Below are positions 51,717 to 60,789 of a DNA stretch of 64,000 nt, piece after piece. The DNA is taken from assembly GCA_963665235.2 (NCBI GenBank), contig CAXXLX010000001.1, positions 768,001-832,000 on the forward strand, in the 5' to 3' direction. The notes beneath the pieces were generated by a model, which saw only the letters and a program-made list of their open reading frames with translations, was not told the DNA's origin and did not search any database. The DNA comes from Candidatus Poribacteria bacterium. Its GTDB lineage: Bacteria; Poribacteria; WGA-4E; WGA-3G. How positions within the stretch are numbered: the first letter of the stretch is position 1; each line of letters opens with the position of its first letter. A program made the position numbers and the translations under genes.

Positions 51717-52979
51717 ATGTTCCTCAAATCGATCAGTCTTAACAACGTCAAGTGTTTTTCTGATATTGCTTTGTCCTTTGAAAGGGAGAATGGCGATGTT
51801 CGCAAATGGACACTCTTGTTGGCTGAAAACAGTGTCGGTAAAAGTACGCTGCTGAAAACTATCGCCTTGATAACTGGCGGCAGTGATGCTATAACCGAGC
51901 TATTAGAAAAACCTGCCGACTGGATTCGGTACGACACGCAGGCGTGTGAAATCTCAGCCGTTTTGGGGACAACGGAAGGAAAGGAACGCGAGATTCGCTT
52001 ACAGCTCGCGGCCGAAGATACCCTCGCCGATGTCATCAGGAAAAACGAACAGAATCTCGCTTGGCTTGATAAGGCACTCAAAGGGAAAAACGAGGATTAC
52101 TTTGTGCTCGGTTTCGGCGCGTCTCGACATCTCAATGCAGCAAACAGTCGAAGAACAAAGACATCGGAATTCACAAACAAAAGGGCACAGCGCGTCGCTA
52201 CCCTATTCAACCCTGATGCAACCACCAAACCAATCGATTCCTGGGCGATGGACCTCGACTACATAGGAAACGGTGCTGCATTGGAAACCGTTCGAAAGGT
52301 ACTCAGCAATCTACTACCGGAGATAAAGTTTCATCGCATTGATAAACAGAATGGGCACTTACTATTTGATACGCCAGATGGTATTGTGCCGTTACATTGT
52401 CTCAGCGACGGATATCTTGCAATGGCAGCTTGGATAGGCGACTTGTTGTTCCAAGTTTCAGAAGTCTCTGGTAACTCACAGGAGAAACCGCTTACTGCCA
52501 AGGGGCTCCTCCTCATTGATGAGGTTGACCTGCATCTCCATCCAAAGCGGCAACGCCAACTATTATCGCTTCTTGACAAATGGTTACCGAATTTTCAGTT
52601 CGTTGCAACGACGCACTCGCCCATGGCCGCGCAACAGGCAGGTGAAGGTGAACTTCACTGTTTGATGCGCAAAAGAGGGAAAATTCACCTCTATCCATTT
52701 CCCGGTGCCCCTAACACGCTCCTTTTACACCAACTGGTAATGTCTCCCGCGTTCGGGTTAGATACCGATGAGTCAAAATCGGTTGAGGACATGAAGAACC
52801 GATACCGCTCCCTCCGGGACAAAGCGGAGCTGTCGGCTAAGGAGCAAGCGGAATTGGATAAACTAACCACCGTCATTACTGAACTACCCCCTGGCGGTAG
52901 AGCAAGTATGATACTTTCTGAAGAGCATGAGCAGCTCCTGCGACAAATTCAGAAAGAGTTGCAGGAGGGCAGGGTATGA
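51717..52979 (+). CDS. ABC-type AAA ATPase (AAA_15/AAA_21; PtuA/AbiEii/OLD-like)
   Basis: Walker A AENSVGKST, signature LSDGY, Walker B LLIDEVDLHLHP, TTHSP. Confidence 0.85.
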   Translation: MFLKSISLNNVKCFSDIALSFERENGDVRKWTLLLAENSVGKSTLLKTIALITGGSDAITELLEKPADWIRYDTQACEISAVLGTTEGKEREIRLQLAAEDTLADVIRKNEQNLAWLDKALKGKNEDYFVLGFGASRHLNAANSRRTKTSEFTNKRAQRVATLFNPDATTKPIDSWAMDLDYIGNGAALETVRKVLSNLLPEIKFHRIDKQNGHLLFDTPDGIVPLHCLSDGYLAMAAWIGDLLFQVSEVSGNSQEKPLTAKGLLLIDEVDLHLHPKRQRQLLSLLDKWLPNFQFVATTHSPMAAQQAGEGELHCLMRKRGKIHLYPFPGAPNTLLLHQLVMSPAFGLDTDESKSVEDMKNRYRSLRDKAELSAKEQAELDKLTTVITELPPGGRASMILSEEHEQLLRQIQKELQEGRV

Positions 52980-53267
52980 TACCCTTCTCCCCTAAATTCA
53001 CGGAACAAATTACTAAACTTTGGACAATTCAAAGGGATAGGTGGAAGGGTGGAAGATTGGAAGGGTGGATTTGGCGTTTTTTGTCAGAATCGTGGATTAT
53101 TGCGGATTACGCGGTTCTTATGTAGGAGCGAGCTGTGCTCGCGATATAGGAAATCGTTCTTATGTAGGAGCGAGCTGTGCTCGCGATACTCACGTTCTTC
53201 TTCATTACCTAATTTATTCACCAAAATTGCGAATTTTTCGTTTTTTTGAAAAAAATCGCAAAAAAAA

Positions 53268-53296
53268 TTGACAAAAAATGCAATTGTGTGTATAAT
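53268..53296 (+). promoter_or_regulatory. Consensus sigma70 promoter (copy 2)
   Basis: TTGACA-17 bp-TATAAT. Confidence 0.75.
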
Positions 53297-53362
53297 TGAA
53301 TTGATAAAGTGAAAGTTTGGTCTGATGCTATGCTTTCAAACATGGGGACTTGTGTTAAATCG

Positions 53363-53438
53363 GGAGAGGTCCGAGGAGCCGCCCGGACGCGGCAAATAGA
53401 TGCGGACATCTCCGTCCCTCTCAGCAAACGCAGACACA
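53363..53438 (+). ncRNA. Putative structured RNA/leader (copy 2)
   Basis: As copy 1; inner hairpin GCCGC-CCGGAC-GCGGC. Confidence 0.4.
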
Positions 53439-54097
53439 GTGTCCAAACTTTAGTCCGATGGTATCCAGTTTATGTTGGTTAGCACACAGTCGGGAAAATG
53501 CAACACGTGCGATTTTTCCGAAACGTAAAAGCGAACGCAGGTGAAAAAGATGTGGAAAATATGCCACAATTTTAGCAGCTTAAAACCGATTTTAGCAGTG
53601 CCGTACAGTCGTTATGCAGGCGGTGCGGATGCTTGCTGTGCTTGTGTTTTTCCAACAACAAAACATACTGTTAATATAAATTTAACGATAACTACCCCCC
53701 CCCTTTCTAAATGTTAATTATAAATTAACTATTATTAAAAATATAACAGGTCCCAGCAATTATTGCGGGACTCTGTTTGTGCTCGCGCGAGTTTCGTCTT
53801 GTACGAAATGTTTCGTCGCGGGCTATTTTTGTTGCATTGAAATCGGTATCCTTCAATGCTTGTCATCCGCGTTGTGCCTGCGTACCAAGTGCAACGAAAG
53901 GATATAACGAAACGGTACAACTAAACCTAAGCATGAATTACTGAGCCTTATCTTGGATTGTGGTTGCCCATCTGTTTGGGATAAGATGTTAGCTGTAATC
54001 CGCATTCATGCACTACACAACCTAAAAAGCCTCGAGCAGCATGGCATCACCCTTGCTGCTCAAGCACATCTTATATTTTATAAGGAGTTCTATTACA

Positions 54098-56035
54098 ATG
54101 CGAAAATATCACTGGTTATTTATTGTTATCCTAGTAAGTTGTATGGTTTCCATCATCGCTTGCCAATATGTAGATAAGATGACGAAACCTGTTATGCCGG
54201 AACCGGACCCTGAAGTGACTGAACCGACACCCCCAGAAGTGGTGGAGATTGATCTAACGGATCCGAATGCCCTCCCAAATAGACTCACCGTCCAAGATGC
54301 CACATTGGTAAGTGCGTGGCGGCCAGAAACATCAACCGCTGCAACTGCCCCGAGTATCAAGACGGATGTTGAGAATATAAACGCCTCCCCTGGCGACACC
54401 GTTAACCTTCCATTTACCTATTCTGGCACGAACACGCTTGGTGGATGTATTGTGTGTATAGAAGGTGTTCCCGGTTATTATGACCTGCCGTATACCGGTG
54501 CGGCTGATGCGTTACCCACCGCTATCCCCGTTGGTATCCGGGAAAATGTTGCGCCTGGGTCTTTTACAGCGTGTTATAGCGTCTATGACGAGCAGGGACA
54601 ATATGCCAACTACTTGAATATTGTTATTACAGTTGCTGCACCGGAAGTGACTGAACCGACACCCCCAGAAGTGGTGGAGATTGACCTAACGGATCCGAAT
54701 GCGCTGCCAAATAGGTTCGCTGTCCAAGGTGCCACATTGGTAAGTGCATGGCGGCCAGCAACATCAACCGCTGCAACTGCCCCGAGTATCCAAGCAGACG
54801 TTGGAAACATAAACGCCTCCCCTGGTGCCATCGTTAATCTTCCGTTTACGTATTCTGGTGCTAATGCCCTTAGTGGCTGTATCGTGTGTATAGAAGGCGT
54901 TCCCGGTTATTTCAATTTGCCGTATACGGGTGCGGCTGATGCGTTACCCACCGCTATCCCCGTTGGTATCCGGGAAAATGTTGCGCTTGGGTCTTTTACA
55001 GCGTGTTATAGCGTCTATGACAATCAGGGACAATACGCCAACTACTTGAGTGCTGTTATTACCGTTACTGAACCGGAACCACCTGTAGTAGTTGACCCGC
55101 CTGTAGTAGTTGACCCACCTGTAGTAGTTGACCCACCTGTAGTAGTTGACCCGCCTGTAGTCGTTGACCCGCCTGTAGTCGTTGACCCGGGAGAGGCGCG
55201 CGAAGGCATGGTGCTAATCCCCGCTGGTGAATTTCAGATGGGGACGAACGATCATCCTTTTAGCCACGACTTGAATCTAGATCCTTATTACAATGCCCAT
55301 ACCGTTTACGTGGATGCGTTCTATATAGATCAGTATGAGGTGACGAATGCACAATATGTGGCATTTCTGAATGCAAATGATCCGAAAGGTATAAAAGCTA
55401 GACAGAACCAGTGGTTCGGTGTGTGGGCGGGTGTTCATTATTCTTACCATTCGGGGGGGGAGACAGCTCCGATTTGGTATGATGTAGATGTAACGGATAT
55501 GTATCGTGTGAAGGCAGGTTTTGAAAATTACCCTGTTGTGTATGTAAGTTGGTATGGGGCAATGGCTTACGCCAAATGGGTAGGGAAACGTTTGCCCACA
55601 GAAGCCGAATGGGAAAAGGCTGCGCGAGGCGGTTTGGTAGATAAGTGGTATGTGTGGGGGAATGCGGGGCCTGATCCTTATAACCCGAAAGAAAATTTCT
55701 ACATATCCGTGAATTCTGGTCCAACACCTATTGGCAGTTTTCAGCCGAACGGGTATGATTTATACGATATGGGTGGTAACGTTCAGGAGTGGTGCTTAGA
55801 CGAGTACGATGAGGGTTTCTATGCGATCTCTCCGAGGCGGAATCCGCTAGCTGGTGCACCCAGTATAGGATGGTTATTAGACAACTATACAGACGTTACG
55901 TCTGTACGCGTCGTGCGCGGCGGTTTCTATAGTGATAGCATAGAAGATGCAGTTATCTTCTGGCGTTATAGTGGTGGTCCGGCTCGTCGGGCGGAATGGC
56001 TCGGTTTTCGTTGTGTGCAGGATGCCTCCGATTAA
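54098..56035 (+). CDS. Lipoprotein: two 144-aa repeats + (PPVVVD)6 + FGE-sulfatase (SUMF1) domain
   Basis: SD AAGGAG, lipobox IIAC; MVLIPAGEFQMG, YEVTNAQY, RLPTEAEWEKAARGG, DMGGNVQEW, GFRCV. Confidence 0.88.
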   Translation: MRKYHWLFIVILVSCMVSIIACQYVDKMTKPVMPEPDPEVTEPTPPEVVEIDLTDPNALPNRLTVQDATLVSAWRPETSTAATAPSIKTDVENINASPGDTVNLPFTYSGTNTLGGCIVCIEGVPGYYDLPYTGAADALPTAIPVGIRENVAPGSFTACYSVYDEQGQYANYLNIVITVAAPEVTEPTPPEVVEIDLTDPNALPNRFAVQGATLVSAWRPATSTAATAPSIQADVGNINASPGAIVNLPFTYSGANALSGCIVCIEGVPGYFNLPYTGAADALPTAIPVGIRENVALGSFTACYSVYDNQGQYANYLSAVITVTEPEPPVVVDPPVVVDPPVVVDPPVVVDPPVVVDPPVVVDPGEAREGMVLIPAGEFQMGTNDHPFSHDLNLDPYYNAHTVYVDAFYIDQYEVTNAQYVAFLNANDPKGIKARQNQWFGVWAGVHYSYHSGGETAPIWYDVDVTDMYRVKAGFENYPVVYVSWYGAMAYAKWVGKRLPTEAEWEKAARGGLVDKWYVWGNAGPDPYNPKENFYISVNSGPTPIGSFQPNGYDLYDMGGNVQEWCLDEYDEGFYAISPRRNPLAGAPSIGWLLDNYTDVTSVRVVRGGFYSDSIEDAVIFWRYSGGPARRAEWLGFRCVQDASD

Positions 56036-56133
56036 ATGTTTGCTGCTTGCAGGGAAGGGAACGTTCCTTTCTCTGCGGGCACCGACTGTATAAGTAGGAC
56101 TTATACAATTCCTTTTAGGGCGGTTCCATGAAG

Positions 56134-56443
56134 TGAAGATTAATTTTTAAATTCGGTAATTCTGCTCTCTTTTCTGTCTGAATCGCTGATTATCACAGAG
56201 AACGCGGAATTAAGAGATTCTTTGTTACCGATCCGTCTCTCACGAGCGGAATTAAGAGATTTTTTTGTTACCGAACCGTCTCTGGCGAAAGGAAATAGTT
56301 GAAACACAAAAGCATTTTCCGCGTCCTCTGTGTTCTCTGTGCCTTCTGTGATTCAGACAACAAAAGAATAGACCTCATACAAGAGCAACATTAGAGAAGG
56401 TATCTAGTGTCCGGAAATTACCGAATTAATTTTTTAAACTTCA
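56134..56443. mobile_element. MITE family E with microrepeat cargo
   Basis: Same termini as 30079-30202, different interior. Confidence 0.65.
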
Positions 56444-56503
56444 TCATAATCGTGTGATTCATTGTCTCTCAATTTCTAAGCAGTAAAGGAGATATAAGAT
56501 AAC

Positions 56504-59053
56504 ATGAAAATTAAAGTAACTGTTTTTGTATTAACACTTCTCACGGTTTCAAGTGTCCATATCTCTGCTGTCTTTGCACAAGATGCGGAGTACATGCAAT
56601 GGGGTTTACCCGAAGGTGCAAAAGCGCGTCTCGGCAAAGGCACGTTAAGCAAGATAACGTATTCTCCAGATGGTAAGTTGCTTGCAGTAGCTGGCAGTGC
56701 AGGAACATGGATCTATGATGCCAAAAACCTAGAAGGACAATCCCTACTGAGGGTATGGGATGGTGTTTTCGATTCCAATTCACTGACAATAATCGGTAAA
56801 AATTTTGAAGCGACTGGGTCTGCTTACGGTCCCAACCTCGTAGCAGAAATCTGTTTCTACGATGTTGCGACGGGTGTGAAGAAAGGTAGCATTGAAATAG
56901 GCTCGACTGTTGGTCCCTTTGCCTATTCGTCGGTCAGTAACCAGCTTGCTACTGGTAACAGTACGGCACCCAAAAACGTGGTGATGTGGGATACAGAGAC
57001 GAAGACACAGATGTACACTCTCAGCGGGCATCAGAATAATCTGAAAGCCCTCGCTTTTTCACCTGATGGCGAAACGCTTGCAACTGCTTCGTATGAAAGC
57101 ATCCGGCTATGGGATGTCACAAAGGGGAGAGGGGGTCGACTCATAGCTGTTTTTGACAATGATAGTTATGAGGTTAAACTTGCCTTTTCACCCGATGGTA
57201 CAATGCTTGCAGGAGGTATAGGTTACGACGTGAAGGTGTGGGATGTTAGGACAACTCAACTCAAAGCTGTCACTACTAATTTTGGTTATATCTATGACCT
57301 TGCCTTTTCACCCGATGGTACAATGCTTGCAAGTAGTAAGGGGATATTGTGGGAAACGGAAACGTGGGAACGGAAAGCTATTCTTCTCAGCGGTTATTAT
57401 GATTCTAGTTATTATAATTATAGAGGGACCGCTGTTGCGTATTCGCCCGATGGTAAAACGCTCGCCATTGGGTTTAATAAACATGCTTTGCAATTGTGGG
57501 ATGTAGCGAAAATTTCTTCACAGATAAGAGAACACGACTACGAAAACGATTTTGACTTATCCTTAAATTGGAATTACTATTGGGATTCCTATGAATTCAA
57601 GGAGCATGGCATCGAGCTTGAAGGCGATCCAATACTCATCGATAAGCCTGACGGCGTTTTCTATTCTTTCGATCCTGGTGGTGTAGCGGGTATCTATTCC
57701 CTTGCGTATTTGACCGACGGAAATACCCTCCTCATAAATGAATATTTATTGTGGGATACGACAACAGGCTCACGCAAAGGAACTTTAAGTGGGGCTGATG
57801 AATATGCCGTTTTAAGTGAGCTTGTGAGTGGACCTCTGTCGTTAAATTCGGCCAGCTTTGAAAAATTAAATTGGGTTGTCTCAAGAGATTTAAATATTGA
57901 AATCATACGTAATCTCACAAGTGGTGTTGTTACGTCGTTAACGAACCCCGCCAGGGCTCTTGCATATTCACCCAATGGAAGTATACTTGCAATTGCAAGA
58001 CACACAGAGGCTGGCGGGGTCTTGCAGCTGTGGAATCCGGTGACGAGGCGACTCATAAGAACTATAGAAGTAGAAAGGACTATAGGAGCCCTTGCTTTTT
58101 CACCTGATGGCACTATCTTTACAAGCGGCCATGGTTCCACAGTGAATTTATGGAATACAGGAACCGGCGAACACATCCGCGCCATCTCAGGAACAGCACC
58201 GTTTGTGTATTCACCCGATGGAAATACACTTGCAATAGGACGCGAGCATGTTGCATTTTTGTGTGATACAGAGAAGTTATTATATAATCCGGATTATCTA
58301 CAGATAGAACGAATCCTTAACGGTCATACGGGCAGAGTCACGGACCTTGTATATTCGCCTGATGGGACCACGCTTGCAAGTGCAAGTCGGGACGGCACTA
58401 TATTAATCTGGCAAATCGAGCCATCCCCATCCTCACTACTCCCTGAAGATGTCAATATGGACGGGGTTGTAAACATTCTTGACATGGTCAGGGTTGCCTC
58501 AAACTTCGGCAAGAAGGGCCCAAACACTGCGGATATTAACGGGGATGGGGTTGTCAATATATTAGATTTGACGCTTGTTGCCGCCAAATTTGGTAATATG
58601 TCTTCGGCACCCGTTACCTGGAACCTTGATCTTGCCACAACCCTTACGCGTGCGGATGTAGCAGCATGGCTCCATGAGGCGCGTCAAATGAATCTAACAG
58701 AGCCCGTTTTTCAACGTGGTATTCTGATTTTGGAACAACTCTTGGCAGCATTGACACCAACAGAGACAACACTCTTGCCAAACTATCCCAATCCGTTCAA
58801 CCCGGAAACGTGGATACCGTATCAGTTATCCGAATCGGTGGACGTAGTATTGACCATCTATTCTGTTGATGGCAAACTGGTACGGCGTTTAGATTTGGGA
58901 CATAAAGCTGCTGGTTTTTACCAGAGTCGTAACCGTGCGGCATATTGGGATGGTAGGAATGCTGACGGTGAACGCGTGGCAAGCGGTCCCTATTTCTATA
59001 CGCTAACTGCTGGGGATTTCTCAGCTACCCGTAAGATGTTAATCGTGAAGTAG
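56504..59053 (+). CDS. Secreted WD40-repeat protein with dockerin-like and FlgD-Ig/T9SS-like C-terminal domains
   Basis: LPEGAKARLGKG, repeated FSPDG..LA...WD, DVN.DGVVNILD twice, NYPNPFNPETWIPY...YFYTL. Confidence 0.9.
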   Translation: MKIKVTVFVLTLLTVSSVHISAVFAQDAEYMQWGLPEGAKARLGKGTLSKITYSPDGKLLAVAGSAGTWIYDAKNLEGQSLLRVWDGVFDSNSLTIIGKNFEATGSAYGPNLVAEICFYDVATGVKKGSIEIGSTVGPFAYSSVSNQLATGNSTAPKNVVMWDTETKTQMYTLSGHQNNLKALAFSPDGETLATASYESIRLWDVTKGRGGRLIAVFDNDSYEVKLAFSPDGTMLAGGIGYDVKVWDVRTTQLKAVTTNFGYIYDLAFSPDGTMLASSKGILWETETWERKAILLSGYYDSSYYNYRGTAVAYSPDGKTLAIGFNKHALQLWDVAKISSQIREHDYENDFDLSLNWNYYWDSYEFKEHGIELEGDPILIDKPDGVFYSFDPGGVAGIYSLAYLTDGNTLLINEYLLWDTTTGSRKGTLSGADEYAVLSELVSGPLSLNSASFEKLNWVVSRDLNIEIIRNLTSGVVTSLTNPARALAYSPNGSILAIARHTEAGGVLQLWNPVTRRLIRTIEVERTIGALAFSPDGTIFTSGHGSTVNLWNTGTGEHIRAISGTAPFVYSPDGNTLAIGREHVAFLCDTEKLLYNPDYLQIERILNGHTGRVTDLVYSPDGTTLASASRDGTILIWQIEPSPSSLLPEDVNMDGVVNILDMVRVASNFGKKGPNTADINGDGVVNILDLTLVAAKFGNMSSAPVTWNLDLATTLTRADVAAWLHEARQMNLTEPVFQRGILILEQLLAALTPTETTLLPNYPNPFNPETWIPYQLSESVDVVLTIYSVDGKLVRRLDLGHKAAGFYQSRNRAAYWDGRNADGERVASGPYFYTLTAGDFSATRKMLIVK

Positions 59054-59132
59054 AGCGAGTTTGGGATGGGCGGGTGTGGACATCCGCCCAATCCTATTTG
59101 AGGACAGAAAAATGGAAATCAACACCCTACCC

Positions 59133-60179
59133 CTACTTAAAAACCACAATCAGTTTTCGCGCTATTACGTTTTGGGCAGCCGCTTTCGCGTGAATGACGA
59201 GAATATAGCGTCCGTTTCGAACTATAACGCCATCATCTGTTAATCCATCCCACTGTTCCGCGTTCGGCCCGATGTGGCGTACAGCACTGTTGAGGAGTCT
59301 GCGGATACGTCTACCCCGTAGGTCAAAGATATCCATTGTGACAAGTGCTTGCGACGCATCGGGGGCATTGAGTTGATACGTTATTGTGAGTCGATGTCTC
59401 TCCGGGGCGAAAAAGACGCGGGGAGACAACGTAACCCGCTGAATTTTTAACCTATTCGTGCGTTTCAAGGTTGTTTCAGGGACCATTAAGGTATAAATAC
59501 CGAAGTGGTTGATAGAGGCAGTGACGGTGCCTTGGGCAACGTTCACCCGACTTTGCAACGGCACCCATCTTTTCTGAAATCCCTCCCAAAAATAGAGGTG
59601 TGGTTGTGCATCCGTTCCGAGCAAAAATGTGATACGCGCGCTCCGTTTGAGCACAAGCCGCGCCGGTGAAATACGAACGACACGCACAAGCCGTTTTGCT
59701 GCTATCGGCACCCCCGGAGGTCCCACAATTTCTATGCCAATTTTCTGTTCAGTTGGTAGTGCACCTTTGGGCAGTTCTATCTCTACCCCCGCAGGACTTT
59801 TGAGGGTGCCACCGTTAGTCGTAAACGTCTTCGTAGCAGGCACGACTGTCAGCTTGACACGTTTCAGCATGCCGTTGCGTCTGCATAGGAGATGTCCTTC
59901 GCCGACAAAAATTGCCGATAATATCGGGGGTGTGCCCGTAATGCTGCCTAAGTTCCCCGCAATGAACCAGCTCGCCGCCACCGGGTTTTTGTCGGAGGTT
60001 GCCGCCTGAAGTCGGTATTGTTGTCCCGAAATCAATGTGTAGGGGGGCATTATCTGAATATTTCCATCAAATATCTGAATTTCAAACGGGTCGGCAGCGG
60101 TTGCAATATGGGGAAGACAGCACGCTATCAGTGTGATAAAAATGAAATGGACGGCTACTTGGGCAAAAAGTGTTCGCAT
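59133..60179 (-). CDS. Secreted protein with ZU5-like and FlgD-Ig-like domains
   Basis: Signal peptide from MRTLFAQ; GGTL......LPKGAL, INHFGIY, IFDLRGRRIR, WDG......NGRY. Confidence 0.78.
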   Translation of the reverse strand: MRTLFAQVAVHFIFITLIACCLPHIATAADPFEIQIFDGNIQIMPPYTLISGQQYRLQAATSDKNPVAASWFIAGNLGSITGTPPILSAIFVGEGHLLCRRNGMLKRVKLTVVPATKTFTTNGGTLKSPAGVEIELPKGALPTEQKIGIEIVGPPGVPIAAKRLVRVVRISPARLVLKRSARITFLLGTDAQPHLYFWEGFQKRWVPLQSRVNVAQGTVTASINHFGIYTLMVPETTLKRTNRLKIQRVTLSPRVFFAPERHRLTITYQLNAPDASQALVTMDIFDLRGRRIRRLLNSAVRHIGPNAEQWDGLTDDGVIVRNGRYILVIHAKAAAQNVIARKLIVVFK

Positions 60180-60187
60180 AGTTCTAA

Positions 60188-60485
60188 TACCATTTTTATT
60201 AATTATTCTATCATTACCGGTTGTTAGAAATGAAACGGAGAACGGAAGACCCAAACTGGAAGTTTATGCTACAAGAACGCACAAACTGGAAGTTTATGCT
60301 ACAAGAAAGCACAAACTGGAAGTTTATGCTACAAGAACGCACAAACTGGAAGTTTATGCTACAAGAAAGCACAAACTGGAAGTTTATGCTACAAGAAAGC
60401 GCACAAACTAAAAGTTTATGCTACAAGAACGCACAAACTGGAAGTTTATGCTACAAGAAAGAGACATTTTCAATTAGAAATGGTA
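60188..60485 (-). mobile_element. MITE family A copy 7 (7 units)
   Basis: TAA at 60185-60187 and 60486-60488. Confidence 0.88.
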
Positions 60486-60488
60486 TAA

Positions 60489-60523
60489 CTAGGTAAGCAT
60501 TCATCAATCAGAATATGCTGCAT
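60489..60523 (-). pseudogene. 12-codon stub of a DUF5615 PIN-like toxin
   Basis: MQHILIDECLPS overlapping the DUF433 3' end; no continuation. Confidence 0.55.
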
Positions 60524-60758
60524 AAGCTTGTGTGAGTAGCATCTCCTTTGCCAATTCCAATGTCTGCACAGCCTGTGTGCGGCTGACAGCAGGAAAATCT
60601 TCCAAAAATTCGTCTAAATTATCACCCGCTTCCAGATAGTCAATGAGGTTTTTGATGGGAACACGTGTGTTTTTGAAAACAGGGGTGCCACTCATAATCT
60701 CCGGATTACAGGTAATAAGGTTGTTAAATGCCTGCACTGTTTGCTGCTCAGATTTCAT
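60504..60758 (-). CDS. DUF433 antitoxin-family protein
   Basis: PEIMSGTPVFKNTRVP...L.AG...DEFLEDFP; SD AAGGAG. Confidence 0.9.
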   Translation of the reverse strand: MKSEQQTVQAFNNLITCNPEIMSGTPVFKNTRVPIKNLIDYLEAGDNLDEFLEDFPAVSRTQAVQTLELAKEMLLTQAYAAYSD

Positions 60759-60789
60759 GCCTAATTCTCCTTAAAATTTAACTTTCGCG

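Larger units (their letters stand above)
53013..53453. mobile_element. MITE family B carrying REPs, a promoter and the structured RNA
   Basis: CTAAACTTTGGACAAT ... AGTGTCCAAACTTTAG. Confidence 0.72.

Noticed and set aside
51717-56035. Retron or diversity-generating retroelement
   Set aside because: No reverse transcriptase and no TR/VR pair visible in the window
60180-60254. N-terminal extension MGLPFSVSF... (also on ORF 43326-43850)
   Set aside because: Derived from the MITE A terminus
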